Assembly (NCBI RefSeq): GCF_000737315.1
Contig: NZ_JMCB01000018.1
Location: 1 to 64,000, forward strand
DNA: 64,000 nucleotides
Reading direction: 5' to 3'
From: Hyalangium minutum
GTDB taxonomy: Bacteria > Myxococcota > Myxococcia > Myxococcales > Myxococcaceae
How positions within the stretch are numbered: position 1 is the stretch's first letter; each line of letters begins with the position of its first letter. A program made the position numbers and the translations under genes. The notes beneath the pieces were generated by a model. The model was given only the letters and a program-made list of their open reading frames with translations. It ran no database searches and was not told where the DNA came from. Below, one piece after another: positions 9,478-19,034 of the stretch.

Positions 9478-10191
9478 GTGGTAGGTGTCAGCGCGAAGCA
9501 TCTTAGGCGACGGGTTGGCAGGAGGCAAAGCCGTCTCGACGGGATCGCACGCTGGGTGCTCGGGCTCAGCCTGCTTGCCGGGCTCACGACCGCCGTAGCC
9601 CAGCCAGCCTTCCTCAAAGGGCCTGACCGGATCTCCGTGGACAGGCGCAATCAGGTCCTGGAGCTCTCCTGGTCCGACACGGAGGATCGCCTCCAGGGCT
9701 CCATCCAGCCGTACCTCCCCCGCGCAGGAGAGCCCCTCAAGGTCCTCCTCCATGTGGGGAGCTTCGATGGGCCCACCTTCGATGGGCCTGTCACCATCAC
9801 CCTGCGCGAGCCCGGCTCCCCGCGCGGTCAGGTCCAGACGGTGAAGAAGGGCGCGGTGAACTGGGTCACCACCTTCACCCCCGAGAGCACCGGCTTGTAC
9901 CAACTGGACGTGAGCTTCCGGACCACCCGCCTCAAGGTGCTCCACGCGGAGGTGGAGGTGACGGATCCACCCGTCCCTCGCTTCGTGCTGTGGGTCATGG
10001 TGGGCATCGCAGCTACTGTGGCGCTGGGGTATGGAATCCGGAGTGTGGTGCGCAAGGATCGCTCGGACGAGCCACATCCGGTCCTGGCCGAGCTGGCCGC
10101 CCAGCCGAGCCCGGCGCCCCCGCCGCCCGCGGCCGAGAGCCCGGCCGAGCCCGCCCCTGAGAAGCCTCCGGAGACTCCCTCCAGTCTGTAA
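9478..10191 (+). CDS. Hypothetical exported Ig-like protein with C-terminal TM and Pro-rich tail
   Basis: C-terminal part of track ORF 7093..10191: signal-like WVLGLSLLAGLTTAVAQP, beta-rich middle, TM FVLWVMVGIAATVALGYGI. Start uncertain. Confidence 0.6.
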   Translation: MVGVSAKHLRRRVGRRQSRLDGIARWVLGLSLLAGLTTAVAQPAFLKGPDRISVDRRNQVLELSWSDTEDRLQGSIQPYLPRAGEPLKVLLHVGSFDGPTFDGPVTITLREPGSPRGQVQTVKKGAVNWVTTFTPESTGLYQLDVSFRTTRLKVLHAEVEVTDPPVPRFVLWVMVGIAATVALGYGIRSVVRKDRSDEPHPVLAELAAQPSPAPPPPAAESPAEPAPEKPPETPSSL

Positions 10192-10320
10192 GTCTGTCAG
10201 TCGACCGGCCCCCTCCCGGTAAGGAAATTTCATTCCCACCGGGGGCGGCCCCCGCGCCGGCCTCAGCGTTTTCAGAGCGAGCGCCTTGGGAGCGTGTCCT
10301 CTGGCCGACGCTGCCGTCCT

Positions 10321-10336
10321 GGGCATCCGCGTTGCA
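10321..10336 (+). promoter_or_regulatory. sigma54 promoter of the porin-VTC operon
   Basis: GGGCATCCGCGTTGCA = GG-N10-GC ending in TTGCA. Confidence 0.65.
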
Positions 10337-10390
10337 GTCGTCCCCTCGCGGACTGCGGCGTGGAGGCAGGACATGGGCGCGTGGCGAGGG

Positions 10391-11518
10391 ATGGATTGGA
10401 ACTGGCGGGGCCTCCTCGTCGCGGTCTTATTGAGCGCCCCGGCCTGGGCGGCGGATGCTGTGGAAACGGTGGATGAGGCCTCCCCTGTGGCTCCCGAGGC
10501 TCCTGCTGTAGGTCCATCGGCGCCCGTGGCGGTGTCCGAGGCTCCGGCCCAAACGAAAAAGAAGAAGAAGAAGGCCAAGGTCGAGCCTCTGGGAGAAAAC
10601 CCCGAGGTGGCGGAGACGGCCCCGGCCGATGAGGAAGAGGGGCGCTCCGTGCGCCTGTTCGGGCGCGTGTTCGCGCGGGCGAGCGCGGATGGGCGCGAGG
10701 ACTACACGCGCTCGCTGTCCGTGCCGTCGGCCCGGGTGGGCGTGAACGCCACGTTCGAGTACATCGAGGCGGAAGTCACCGCGGATCTGTCGTCGAAGAA
10801 TCCGCTCAAGGATGCCTTCGTCCGGATCGCCGATGGAGACAAGCGCCTGCGGCTGTATGCGGGCCAGTTCAAGGCGCCCTTCCTGGCGCGCGAGCTGGAG
10901 TCCACGTGGGGCCTGCCGCTCATGCGGCGCGGGCTCGTGGATGACTACCTGACGGAGACGCACGAGCTGGGTGGGCGCCGACTGGGGCTCATGGGCGAGG
11001 TGCGGCTCAAGGAGTTCTGGGGGCTGAAGGTCTCTGGCGGCCTCTTCGAGGGTTCCAAGGACGCGCTGGGCCAGCGCACCAGCGAGGATGCGGCGGCGCG
11101 CGTGACGGTGCGTCCCTTCAAGGCGCTCACGGTGGGGGCCAGCAGCTACATGGCGCAGGTGCTGGAGGGGACGCAGCGGCATGCCGTGGCGGCGGATGGC
11201 ACGCTGCACCTGGGCGCGCTGGAGCTGTCGGGCGAAGTCGTCACCGGCCGGCTGGGGGTGGGGCCCTTCACGGCGCAGCTCGGACTGGTCAGCTACACGC
11301 TGCCGCTGGGCCACGAGTGGGCGCTGCAGCCATTGGCGGGGGCTGAGGCGCTCCAACTGCGCGGTGAGCTGGAGGGCCGCGGCTGGGCGGCCGTAGGCGG
11401 CCTCAACGTTCTGTTCTCCGACTCCTTCAAGGCCCAGTTGCAAGCCGAGCGCGCGCTGCGTCCAGGCGATGAGGCTCCGGGGACAGAACTCTCGCTGCAG
11501 TTGGCCACCCGCTTCTAG
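10391..11518 (+). CDS. Outer-membrane beta-barrel, phosphate-selective porin O/P-like
   Basis: Signal peptide ...APAWA; LKDAFV, RLYAGQFKAPF (OprO/P-like GQFK.PF); C-terminal LQLATRF. Confidence 0.7.
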   Translation: MDWNWRGLLVAVLLSAPAWAADAVETVDEASPVAPEAPAVGPSAPVAVSEAPAQTKKKKKKAKVEPLGENPEVAETAPADEEEGRSVRLFGRVFARASADGREDYTRSLSVPSARVGVNATFEYIEAEVTADLSSKNPLKDAFVRIADGDKRLRLYAGQFKAPFLARELESTWGLPLMRRGLVDDYLTETHELGGRRLGLMGEVRLKEFWGLKVSGGLFEGSKDALGQRTSEDAAARVTVRPFKALTVGASSYMAQVLEGTQRHAVAADGTLHLGALELSGEVVTGRLGVGPFTAQLGLVSYTLPLGHEWALQPLAGAEALQLRGELEGRGWAAVGGLNVLFSDSFKAQLQAERALRPGDEAPGTELSLQLATRF

Positions 11519-11534
11519 GCACGGAGGCTTGACG

Positions 11535-12251
11535 ATGCTGTCGTTCGCTGAGGGGGAAGTCACCAAGCTTCGCCGCGAGTTCAAGCTGGTGCTGGATCAG
11601 GACGTCGTGGGCGAGCTGTGCGCGCGGATCAGCGCGGAGCTCGGCGGGAGCCTGCCTCCGCCCACGCGCATCGTGTCCGTGTACTTCGACAAGCCGGGCT
11701 ACCCGCTGGCCCTGCGCGCGCTGCGCACGCCGGAGGACTGCCTCAAGGTTCGCACCAAGGAGTACTCGCCGGATCTCGGGGCCGGGGGCGTGCAGCGCGT
11801 GGTGCTGGAGGTGAAGCGCGAGCGCCACGGAATGACGCAGAAGCGCCGGGCGTGGGTGCCTCGCGCGCAACTGCAGAGCGTGATTCGCGGGAGCGCGGGA
11901 CTGCTGCCCCTCATTGCGGGCGGGCGGCTGATGCCCGTGCTGGCGGTGACGTACCGGCGCCACGTGTACCAGGCCACGCAGGCCTGGCGGGTGACGGTGG
12001 ATCGGGACATCGGCTTCCACCCGGTGACGCCGCAGTTGGCGCTGTCGGAGACGACTCTCACCGCCGAGCGGCTGGGGCCTCCGGTCTTCACGGACCGCCG
12101 CGTGGTGGTCGAGGTGAAGCATTTGGGCGAAGTGCTGCCACCGTGGCTGGCAGCGCTGCACCCGGGCGGCAGGAAGCCCGCGTACAGCAAGTTTGCCGAG
12201 GGCATGGCGAGGCTCCAGGCCTTCGCCGCAGATGGGGTTTTGGGGGGTTAG
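11535..12251 (+). CDS. VTC-domain (CYTH/polyphosphate polymerase-like) protein
   Basis: RREFKL, SVYFD, KVRTKEY, LEVKRE, VTYRR, RVTVD, VVEVK, YSKF motifs. Confidence 0.85.
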   Translation: MLSFAEGEVTKLRREFKLVLDQDVVGELCARISAELGGSLPPPTRIVSVYFDKPGYPLALRALRTPEDCLKVRTKEYSPDLGAGGVQRVVLEVKRERHGMTQKRRAWVPRAQLQSVIRGSAGLLPLIAGGRLMPVLAVTYRRHVYQATQAWRVTVDRDIGFHPVTPQLALSETTLTAERLGPPVFTDRRVVVEVKHLGEVLPPWLAALHPGGRKPAYSKFAEGMARLQAFAADGVLGG

Positions 12252-12257
12252 GGCACC

Positions 12258-13955
12258 GTGTTCATCGACTTCGAAGGCATTGACGGCAGCGGAAAGACAA
12301 CGCTCTCCAACCTCCTGGCCGGGCGTCTGCGCCGGCTGGGTTACAAGGTGGCTCACGCCCGCGAGGGGGGCGAGCTGCAGGCTCCCACCGCGCGGCGCAT
12401 CCGCGAACTGACGCGTGACTCGCGCCTGCTGGAGCTGGGGGCTCGCACCGAGTTCTTCCTCAACGTGGCGCGCGATGCGCAGCAGTTCGAGGAGGTCATC
12501 TCGCCCGCGCTGGCCCGGGGTGAGGTCTGCATCAGCGATCGGTATCTGTACTCGCAGCTGGCACTGAGCGGCGGGGGGCGGGGCCTGCCCCTGGAGGAGC
12601 TGAAGCCGGCGTGCGAGCTGGCCTCTCGCGGCACCTGGCCGGATCTGGTGATCCTGGTGGACGTGGAGCCAGAGCTGGCGCGGCTGCGCAAGCGCCTGGG
12701 CAAGCTGAAGGAGGGGCGCTCCTCGGACACGGACAGCCGGAAGGGGCTCGCGGGGGCGGGGCTCGCGGTGCGGGTGCGCGAGGCCTTCTTGAACATGGCG
12801 CGCCAGGATCCGGGGCGCTGGCTCATCATCGAGAACAACGACCAGCCGCTGTGGGTGCTGGAGCAGCGCATCGTGGACGCGGTGGTGGCGCGGCTGCAGG
12901 GCCGCGAGCCGCAGGTGCAGCGCATCTCGCCTCCGAACACGCCGGTGGTGCACGGCGAGGTGACGGTGGACGGCGTGGAGGAGCGCTTCTTCCAAGCGCT
13001 GGACTCGCTGGAGGTGCGCGAGCCGAGCCTCGCCGTGTGGATGCTGGGAGGCCTGCCAGGACTGGCGGCGCATCAGCGGCGCCTGGCGGCGGTGGAGCGC
13101 TTCCCGGGGCTGGCCGTGCGCAGCCTGACGGGGCTGGAGGACGAGTCCTCGTGGGCGCTGCGCGAGCTGTTGGCGAAGGTGGTGCCCGCGGACGTGGCGG
13201 CCAGCCTGAGCTCGAGCCTGTCTCCGAAGGCCATGGCGTTGCGCCAGCAACTCTACGCCCTGGCGCCCGGCGAGGTGGTCTCGAGCCTCAAGCGCAACGA
13301 CAGCCACGAGGCCTGGGCGCTGCGGCAGCAGGCGCTGCGGGAGCGGCACCTGGCGCAGGTGCTGCTCGGCCTTGCGGGCGTGGACGGAGAGACGGCCTGG
13401 TCCGTGCGCGAGCTGGGCATCCAGCAAAAGCTGTACTCGGAGGTGGCGCGCAGCCTCACGGGCCTGAGTGGCGAGCGGGTGGATGCGCTGCGCGAGGCGC
13501 TCCTGGCGCACGATCGGCTCTCCGTGGTGCGGAGCATCACGGGCCTGGACTCGGCGTTCGCCCAGGGCCTGCGCGAGCAGCTCGCGGACAAGGCCCCCAA
13601 GCTGGTGCTGCGCTCGCTGACGGGCCTCATCTCGTCCGAGGCCTTCGCGCTGCGTGAGCGCTACGCCCTGGTGACGAAAGAGTCGATCGACTCGCTCGAC
13701 GGGCTGGATGATCCGCGGGCGTGGCAGCTGCGCGAGGCCTGTGCGGAGCGCTGGCCAGCCACGGTGCTGTCCTCGCTCAAGGGGCTGCCGCTGACGGAGC
13801 GCGCCGAGACACTCATCACTCGCATCCTGCGCACGGGCCCGAACCGGCTGCCGCTGCTGCGCAACGCCTATGGGGTCATCTCCCTGGCGCACGAGACGAC
13901 CACGGAGCGCGCCATCCGCCCAGCAGTCAGCACCGAATCGCAGCCCACGCTCTAG
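12258..13955 (+). CDS. Thymidylate kinase-like domain plus about 350-aa helical repeat extension
   Basis: FIDFEGIDGSGKTT, AREGG, ISDRY, PDLVILVDV, followed by repeated SLTGL..A..LRE units. Confidence 0.8.
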   Translation: MFIDFEGIDGSGKTTLSNLLAGRLRRLGYKVAHAREGGELQAPTARRIRELTRDSRLLELGARTEFFLNVARDAQQFEEVISPALARGEVCISDRYLYSQLALSGGGRGLPLEELKPACELASRGTWPDLVILVDVEPELARLRKRLGKLKEGRSSDTDSRKGLAGAGLAVRVREAFLNMARQDPGRWLIIENNDQPLWVLEQRIVDAVVARLQGREPQVQRISPPNTPVVHGEVTVDGVEERFFQALDSLEVREPSLAVWMLGGLPGLAAHQRRLAAVERFPGLAVRSLTGLEDESSWALRELLAKVVPADVAASLSSSLSPKAMALRQQLYALAPGEVVSSLKRNDSHEAWALRQQALRERHLAQVLLGLAGVDGETAWSVRELGIQQKLYSEVARSLTGLSGERVDALREALLAHDRLSVVRSITGLDSAFAQGLREQLADKAPKLVLRSLTGLISSEAFALRERYALVTKESIDSLDGLDDPRAWQLREACAERWPATVLSSLKGLPLTERAETLITRILRTGPNRLPLLRNAYGVISLAHETTTERAIRPAVSTESQPTL

Positions 13956-13967
13956 GAGCCAGCCATC

Positions 13968-14669
13968 ATGGAGTCGACCTTCACGGGAATCTTCGGAGAG
14001 CTGGATCAGGAGCTGACCACGCTCCACGTGGACGCCATCGTGCCGCGGATGGTGGCGGCGGTGCTGATCGGCGCGGTGCTGTCGCTGCGGCCGTGGCGGC
14101 TGATCATGGGCCGGCCACTGCCGAAGTCGGAGATGGTGCAGGCGCAGGTGCTGCTGTGCACCGCGGCGGCCGTCATCACCTGCGTCATCGGCAACAGCGT
14201 GGCCAAGGCCTTCGGGCTGGTGGGGCTGGGAGGCTTCGTGCGGTTCCGCTCGGGCCTCAAGGACCCACGGGACGCGGCGATCCTCTTCCTGGTGATCGGT
14301 CTGGGCATGGCCTGCGGGCATGGGAGCCTGGCGCTGGCGGGCGTGGGCACGCTGTTCGTCGCGGGGCTGCTGCTGGTGCTCGACTTCTTCAACAAGGAGG
14401 AGAAGGCGCCCAAGCAGCGCGTGGTGCTCTCGGCACAGTCGGATGACCTGGTGCGCGCGGAGGCCTCGCTGCGCCAGGCGCTCGGGGAGCGCAACGTGAT
14501 GGTGAAGGGCTGCGCGCTCGACTTCGACGGGCGCCGGCTGGAGTTGGAAGTGGAAGAGAAAGAGCCCGGCTCGCTCGTCGCAGCGCTGAGCCGGACCGAG
14601 GGAGCGCCCCTGCGGGGGCTGAAGTGGACGGCGGTAAGCCCCAAGGGGACACGGGAGGATCTGGTATGA
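13968..14669 (+). CDS. DUF4956 (MgtC-like) membrane protein
   Basis: IGNSVAKAFGLVGLGGFVRFRSGLKDPRD...LGMACGHG matches the DUF4956 signature. Confidence 0.85.
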   Translation: MESTFTGIFGELDQELTTLHVDAIVPRMVAAVLIGAVLSLRPWRLIMGRPLPKSEMVQAQVLLCTAAAVITCVIGNSVAKAFGLVGLGGFVRFRSGLKDPRDAAILFLVIGLGMACGHGSLALAGVGTLFVAGLLLVLDFFNKEEKAPKQRVVLSAQSDDLVRAEASLRQALGERNVMVKGCALDFDGRRLELEVEEKEPGSLVAALSRTEGAPLRGLKWTAVSPKGTREDLV

Positions 14670-15385
14670 AGCGAGCAGTCCTGGCCGCGCTGGCGGCCGT
14701 GGTGTGGCTGGGAGGATGTGGCGGGAGCGGCAGCCTGCCGACGGGGAACAATCCGACGCCGTCGGATCAGGAACTGCCAGACACGCCCGTGAAGCCCTCG
14801 CCCGAGGCGCCTGCGTCGCTCTGGCCGCTGACGACCGGTTCGACGTGGACGTACCGCATCACGGATCCGCAGAGGGGCATCTTCGACAAGACGGTGGAGG
14901 TGCTCGGGCCGAAGACCGTCCCTGACACGAACACCACGGCCATCCTGGTCCGCAGCGTGCAGCCGCACCTGGAGGAGCAGTCGTGGCAGCTCGAGCTCCA
15001 GAACGGCACGGTGGTGCGCCTGCGCGAGGAGGATCTCAAGGCCGGCGCGGTCGTCCGGGTGACGACGTGGAATCCGGCCACGGTGAAGTCCCTGGCCCAG
15101 GAGCAGCAGCAGGGCTGGAGCTACTCGTCCACCATCCGCGAGCTGACGCGGGAGGACACAGGCCTCGTGGATGAGAAGGAGCGGACCTATGTGTGGCGCG
15201 TGCTCGCAGTGAACGAGACCGTCACCGTCCCGGCTGGCACCTTCACCAACACCATCAAGATCCAGCGTGCTCGGCCGGACAAGGCGGGCTCGGAGCGCAC
15301 GTACTGGCTCGTGCCTGGCGTCGGCAAGGTGAAGGAGGACGGCGAGCGGCTCGAGGAGCTCGTCTCCCACACCATCAAGAAGTAG
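14666..15385 (+). CDS. Hypothetical lipoprotein
   Basis: MKRAVLAALAAVVWLGGC lipobox; ATGA overlap with DUF4956; ETVTVPAGTF...YWLVPGVGKVKE motif. Confidence 0.8.
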   Translation: MKRAVLAALAAVVWLGGCGGSGSLPTGNNPTPSDQELPDTPVKPSPEAPASLWPLTTGSTWTYRITDPQRGIFDKTVEVLGPKTVPDTNTTAILVRSVQPHLEEQSWQLELQNGTVVRLREEDLKAGAVVRVTTWNPATVKSLAQEQQQGWSYSSTIRELTREDTGLVDEKERTYVWRVLAVNETVTVPAGTFTNTIKIQRARPDKAGSERTYWLVPGVGKVKEDGERLEELVSHTIKK

Positions 15386-15514
15386 CCCTGTCCGGGCCTG
15401 CGGGCCCGAGCGCTCCTCCGCTCCCCTGCTGGCTTGGCAGGGGGGCTGGATGGAGGTGGAGCGAACGACAGTTGGAGCCTCCGGGAGCCCGGAATCCACC
15501 GGGGCGGAGGCTTC

Positions 15515-17110
15515 ATGCGCTTCTTGAAGGTATCTGCGCTCGGTGCACTCGCTTGCTTGCTCACGTTGAGCGCGGGGTCAGCCCAGGCCGCCTCGCTGAC
15601 CCGGGCTCCGTACCTGCAGCGCGTGGGACAGGACACGGCCCTCATCGCCTTCCGGCTGGATGAGAGCTGCACTCCGGAGGTGCACTACGGCATCCAGGGC
15701 GCCGTGGACCAGGTGGCCCGCACAGGGCAAGGCGGCCGCATCCATGCCATTGAACTGAAGGGCCTGAAGCCCGGCACCGAGTACACCTATGAGGTGGATG
15801 CCTGTGGCACGCGGATACCGCGGAAGCACTTCCGCACCGCGCCGGTCGAGGGCACACGGCACGTGCACTTCGTCACGGTCGGGGACTTCGGCACGGGCGG
15901 AACGCGCGAGAAGAACGTAGCCGCGAGCATGCGGGCCCAGCAGCCCGAGCTGTTCATCGCGCTCGGGGACAACGCCTACGAGGCGGGGACCGAGGACGAG
16001 ATCCAGAACAACCTCTTCAAGCCGCTGGCGGACTTGATCTCGGAGGTGCCCTTCTTTCCGGTGGCGGGCAACCACGAGTACGTCACGAATCAGGCGCAGC
16101 CGTACCTGGACAACCTGTACCTGCCCACCAGCCCGAGCGGGGGCGAGCGCTACTACTCCTTCGACTGGGGCTTCGTGCACTTCGTGGCGTTGGACTCGAA
16201 CTGCGCGGTGGGCCTGGCATCGAATGATCGATGCACGCTGGCGGCGCAGCGGGCGTGGCTGGAGCAGGATCTGGCGCAGAGCCGGGCGCCCTGGAAGATC
16301 GTCTACATGCACCACCCACCCTGGTCGAGCGGCGATCACGGCTCCCAGCTCACCGTGCGCCGCGAATTCGGGCCGCTGTTCGAGCAGTACGGGGTGGACC
16401 TCGTCCTCACGGGGCATGACCACAACTACGAGCGCAGCAAGCCCATGATCGGAGACCGGGTCGCGACGGGGAGCGAGAAGGGCATCACCTATCTCGTGGT
16501 GGGCGGAGGGGGCGCGAACCTGCGGGAGTTCTCCACGGAGAAACAGGATTGGAGCGTGCTGCGCAACAACACGGTGCACGGCTTCTTGGATGTCGACGTC
16601 AAGGAGGGCACGCTCAGCGCGAAGCTGATGACGCCCGAGGGGTCGGTGGTGGATTCCTTCACCCTGACGAAGCAGTTGCCGCCCGAGCCGCCCAAGGCCT
16701 TCACGGTCGTCGTGGAGGGACAGCGAGGCACGGCGCCGCTCCACACGCTCTTCCGCGCCGAGCTCCCCTCCTCTGGCCTCAGCGTGCGCTGGGACTTCGG
16801 GGACGGTTCGGCGGGCCAGGGCTCCGAGGTGAAGCACATCTATTCCAAGCCAGGCCAGTACACGGTGACGGCGACGGCCTCGAGAGGGAGCACGAGCCTC
16901 ACCTCCACTGCGGAGGTCACCGTCTCGGCTTCCTCGGGGAGTTCACCTCCAGGGAACACCCAGCCGCCCGTGTCCTCCACACCGCCGGAGTCCTCCTCGG
17001 GGGTGTCAGGAGATGCCAACAGCTCGGGGTGCTCGTCCGTCGCTGCCGGAGCCCTGCTCCCATTCGGCGCGCTGGTGCTGACCGGATTCCTGAGGCGGCG
17101 TCGGCGCTGA
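15515..17110 (+). CDS. Secreted purple-acid-phosphatase-like metallophosphoesterase with FN3 and PKD domains and a C-terminal sorting signal
   Basis: GDFG, GDNAY, GNHEY, HHPP, GHDHNYER; WDFGDG (PKD); C-terminal GC...TM...RRRRR (MYXO-CTERM-like). Confidence 0.88.
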   Translation: MRFLKVSALGALACLLTLSAGSAQAASLTRAPYLQRVGQDTALIAFRLDESCTPEVHYGIQGAVDQVARTGQGGRIHAIELKGLKPGTEYTYEVDACGTRIPRKHFRTAPVEGTRHVHFVTVGDFGTGGTREKNVAASMRAQQPELFIALGDNAYEAGTEDEIQNNLFKPLADLISEVPFFPVAGNHEYVTNQAQPYLDNLYLPTSPSGGERYYSFDWGFVHFVALDSNCAVGLASNDRCTLAAQRAWLEQDLAQSRAPWKIVYMHHPPWSSGDHGSQLTVRREFGPLFEQYGVDLVLTGHDHNYERSKPMIGDRVATGSEKGITYLVVGGGGANLREFSTEKQDWSVLRNNTVHGFLDVDVKEGTLSAKLMTPEGSVVDSFTLTKQLPPEPPKAFTVVVEGQRGTAPLHTLFRAELPSSGLSVRWDFGDGSAGQGSEVKHIYSKPGQYTVTATASRGSTSLTSTAEVTVSASSGSSPPGNTQPPVSSTPPESSSGVSGDANSSGCSSVAAGALLPFGALVLTGFLRRRRR

Positions 17111-17126
17111 GCAGAGCGCATGCCTG

Positions 17127-18863
17127 TCACTCTTCGAGCAGGTTGTGCTTGAAGACATTGACCTGGCCGGCCTTCACCTCCACGGAGCGAGTCACCTCCT
17201 TGCGAAGGTCCTTGTTGATGAGGAGCACGGAGTGCGTGCCCGCCACCACCTCGGTGGGAGCCAAAGGTGTCTGACCGAGCTGCTTCCCATCGAGCACCAC
17301 GATGGCATAGGGCCGGATCCTGAACTCCAGGGTGGCCATCTGGGAAACGGGGGCCGTGGGAGTGGGAGCCGGTGCGGGTGCGGTCGCGGGAGATAGCAAC
17401 TTGCGGCTGACCTTCCGCGGGGTGGGTTTTACAGGCGCACGCTGCGGCGGAGGCGCTGACTTTTCCACGACAGGCTCGACTTCGGGCTTTGGCTCGTCGG
17501 CGATGGCCTGAGGCTCGAGGGTCGGCGCAGGCTCTGGCTCATGGGGAGGCTCCTGCTCTTGCACACGAGGGGGCTCCGGCTCCTGCACGCTGGGGGACTT
17601 CTGCTGAAGTGAGGCTTGGAGTGCCGGGAGTTCAGGAGGGGCATCGGGGCGCTCCGCTGCGGATTGGAGCGAGCCCCACACTCCACCTCCCACGACGAGC
17701 AGCAGGAGACTTGCCCAGATCACCCAGCGGCCAGTCCCGCGCTGCGGAACGGGAGGCAAGGGCTCCTCGGAGACTGAGCTCTCTGCACCGGCCAGGGTCG
17801 ATGAGGGCCCCACCATCGAGACCTTGGAGCCCTCATCCATGGATGTACGAGAGCTTCGTGCCACAGCAGTCTGCGGGGAGCGAGTGGCAGTCTCGACCCG
17901 AGAGATGCCAACGCCTGTGGCGAAAGATGTCGAGGCGGTGGGCATGGGAGCCTCACCCAGGACACCCAACACCCACTGCGACAATTGCCAGACACCGACG
18001 GACTCTTCCGAGGAGTGGATGAAGCGATCGAGCTCGGCCTGAAAGGCGCGGCAGTCTGGGTAGCGGTGTTCACGCACCTTTCCGAGCGCACGATCCAGGA
18101 TCTGCGAGAGCGCCCGAGGCAAATCCGGACGCCGATGGGAGGCAGGCACGAAGGGCTCGAAGATGATGGCCTGCATCATGCTCACATCGGTGGTGGCATC
18201 GAAGGGCTTGTGGCCGGTGAGCAGTTCATAGAGGACGACGCCCAGGGCATAGACATCCACGCGCCGGTCCAGGGGCTGGCCCTGGAGCTGCTCTGGCGGC
18301 ATGTAGGCGAGCTTGCCCTTGATCATGCCGGTCTGAGTCCTGTGCTCCTGATTGGCGGCCTTGGCGATGCCGAAGTCCACGACCTTCACGGCGCCTTGTC
18401 TGGACAAGAGGATGTTGTCGGGACTGACGTCGCGGTGAATGAGATTGAGAGGCGCTCCGGTCTCTGGAGAGACAAAGTCGTGAGCAAACGCGAGCCCGTC
18501 GCACGCCTGAGAGATGATCTTCGCACAGTACACAGGCGGAAGACGGATACCTGAATCACGAGCGCGCCTGGAGAGGGTACGCAGGTTAGGCCCGTCGATG
18601 AACTCCATCGCCAGATAGTAGGTCTCCTCGAACTCACCGAAGTCGAAGATCTGGACGATGTTGGGATGGTTGAGCAGCGCGGCCAACCGGGCCTCGGCGA
18701 GGAACATCTCCACGAACCGAGGGTCCTCGGCCAGATGGGGCAGGATGCGCTTGATCACGAGGTTCTTCTCGAACCCCATGGGCCCCGCTGCCTTGGCCAG
18801 GAACACCTCCGCCATGCCCCCCGTGGCAAGCTTCTTGACCAGCCGATACTTGCCAAACTGCAT
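17127..18863 (-). CDS. Membrane Ser/Thr protein kinase with C-terminal PEGA-like domain
   Basis: MQFGKYRLVKKLATGGMAEV, HRDVSPDN, DFG, GKLAYMPPE; TM; LDGKQLGQTPL. Confidence 0.9.
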   Translation of the reverse strand: MQFGKYRLVKKLATGGMAEVFLAKAAGPMGFEKNLVIKRILPHLAEDPRFVEMFLAEARLAALLNHPNIVQIFDFGEFEETYYLAMEFIDGPNLRTLSRRARDSGIRLPPVYCAKIISQACDGLAFAHDFVSPETGAPLNLIHRDVSPDNILLSRQGAVKVVDFGIAKAANQEHRTQTGMIKGKLAYMPPEQLQGQPLDRRVDVYALGVVLYELLTGHKPFDATTDVSMMQAIIFEPFVPASHRRPDLPRALSQILDRALGKVREHRYPDCRAFQAELDRFIHSSEESVGVWQLSQWVLGVLGEAPMPTASTSFATGVGISRVETATRSPQTAVARSSRTSMDEGSKVSMVGPSSTLAGAESSVSEEPLPPVPQRGTGRWVIWASLLLLVVGGGVWGSLQSAAERPDAPPELPALQASLQQKSPSVQEPEPPRVQEQEPPHEPEPAPTLEPQAIADEPKPEVEPVVEKSAPPPQRAPVKPTPRKVSRKLLSPATAPAPAPTPTAPVSQMATLEFRIRPYAIVVLDGKQLGQTPLAPTEVVAGTHSVLLINKDLRKEVTRSVEVKAGQVNVFKHNLLEE

Positions 18864-19034
18864 CCGGCCTCTCTCCTTTGAGATGCACGGTAGGCAGCAG
18901 GAAGGTGGCAGGGCTGTACCACCCAGGAGGTATCTCTCCTCCTGCGGTAGCCTGCGTTCTGCTGGACGCCTCGATTCTCTGCGCTTGCCAGCAGGCGGCC
19001 GGGATGCGATGGGCACCTACACCGCAGGTCCGCC

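Noticed and set aside
9445-10578. N-terminal extension of the 1163-aa kinase ORF
   Set aside because: It overlaps two credible + strand genes; the kinase domain starts right after ATG 9444.
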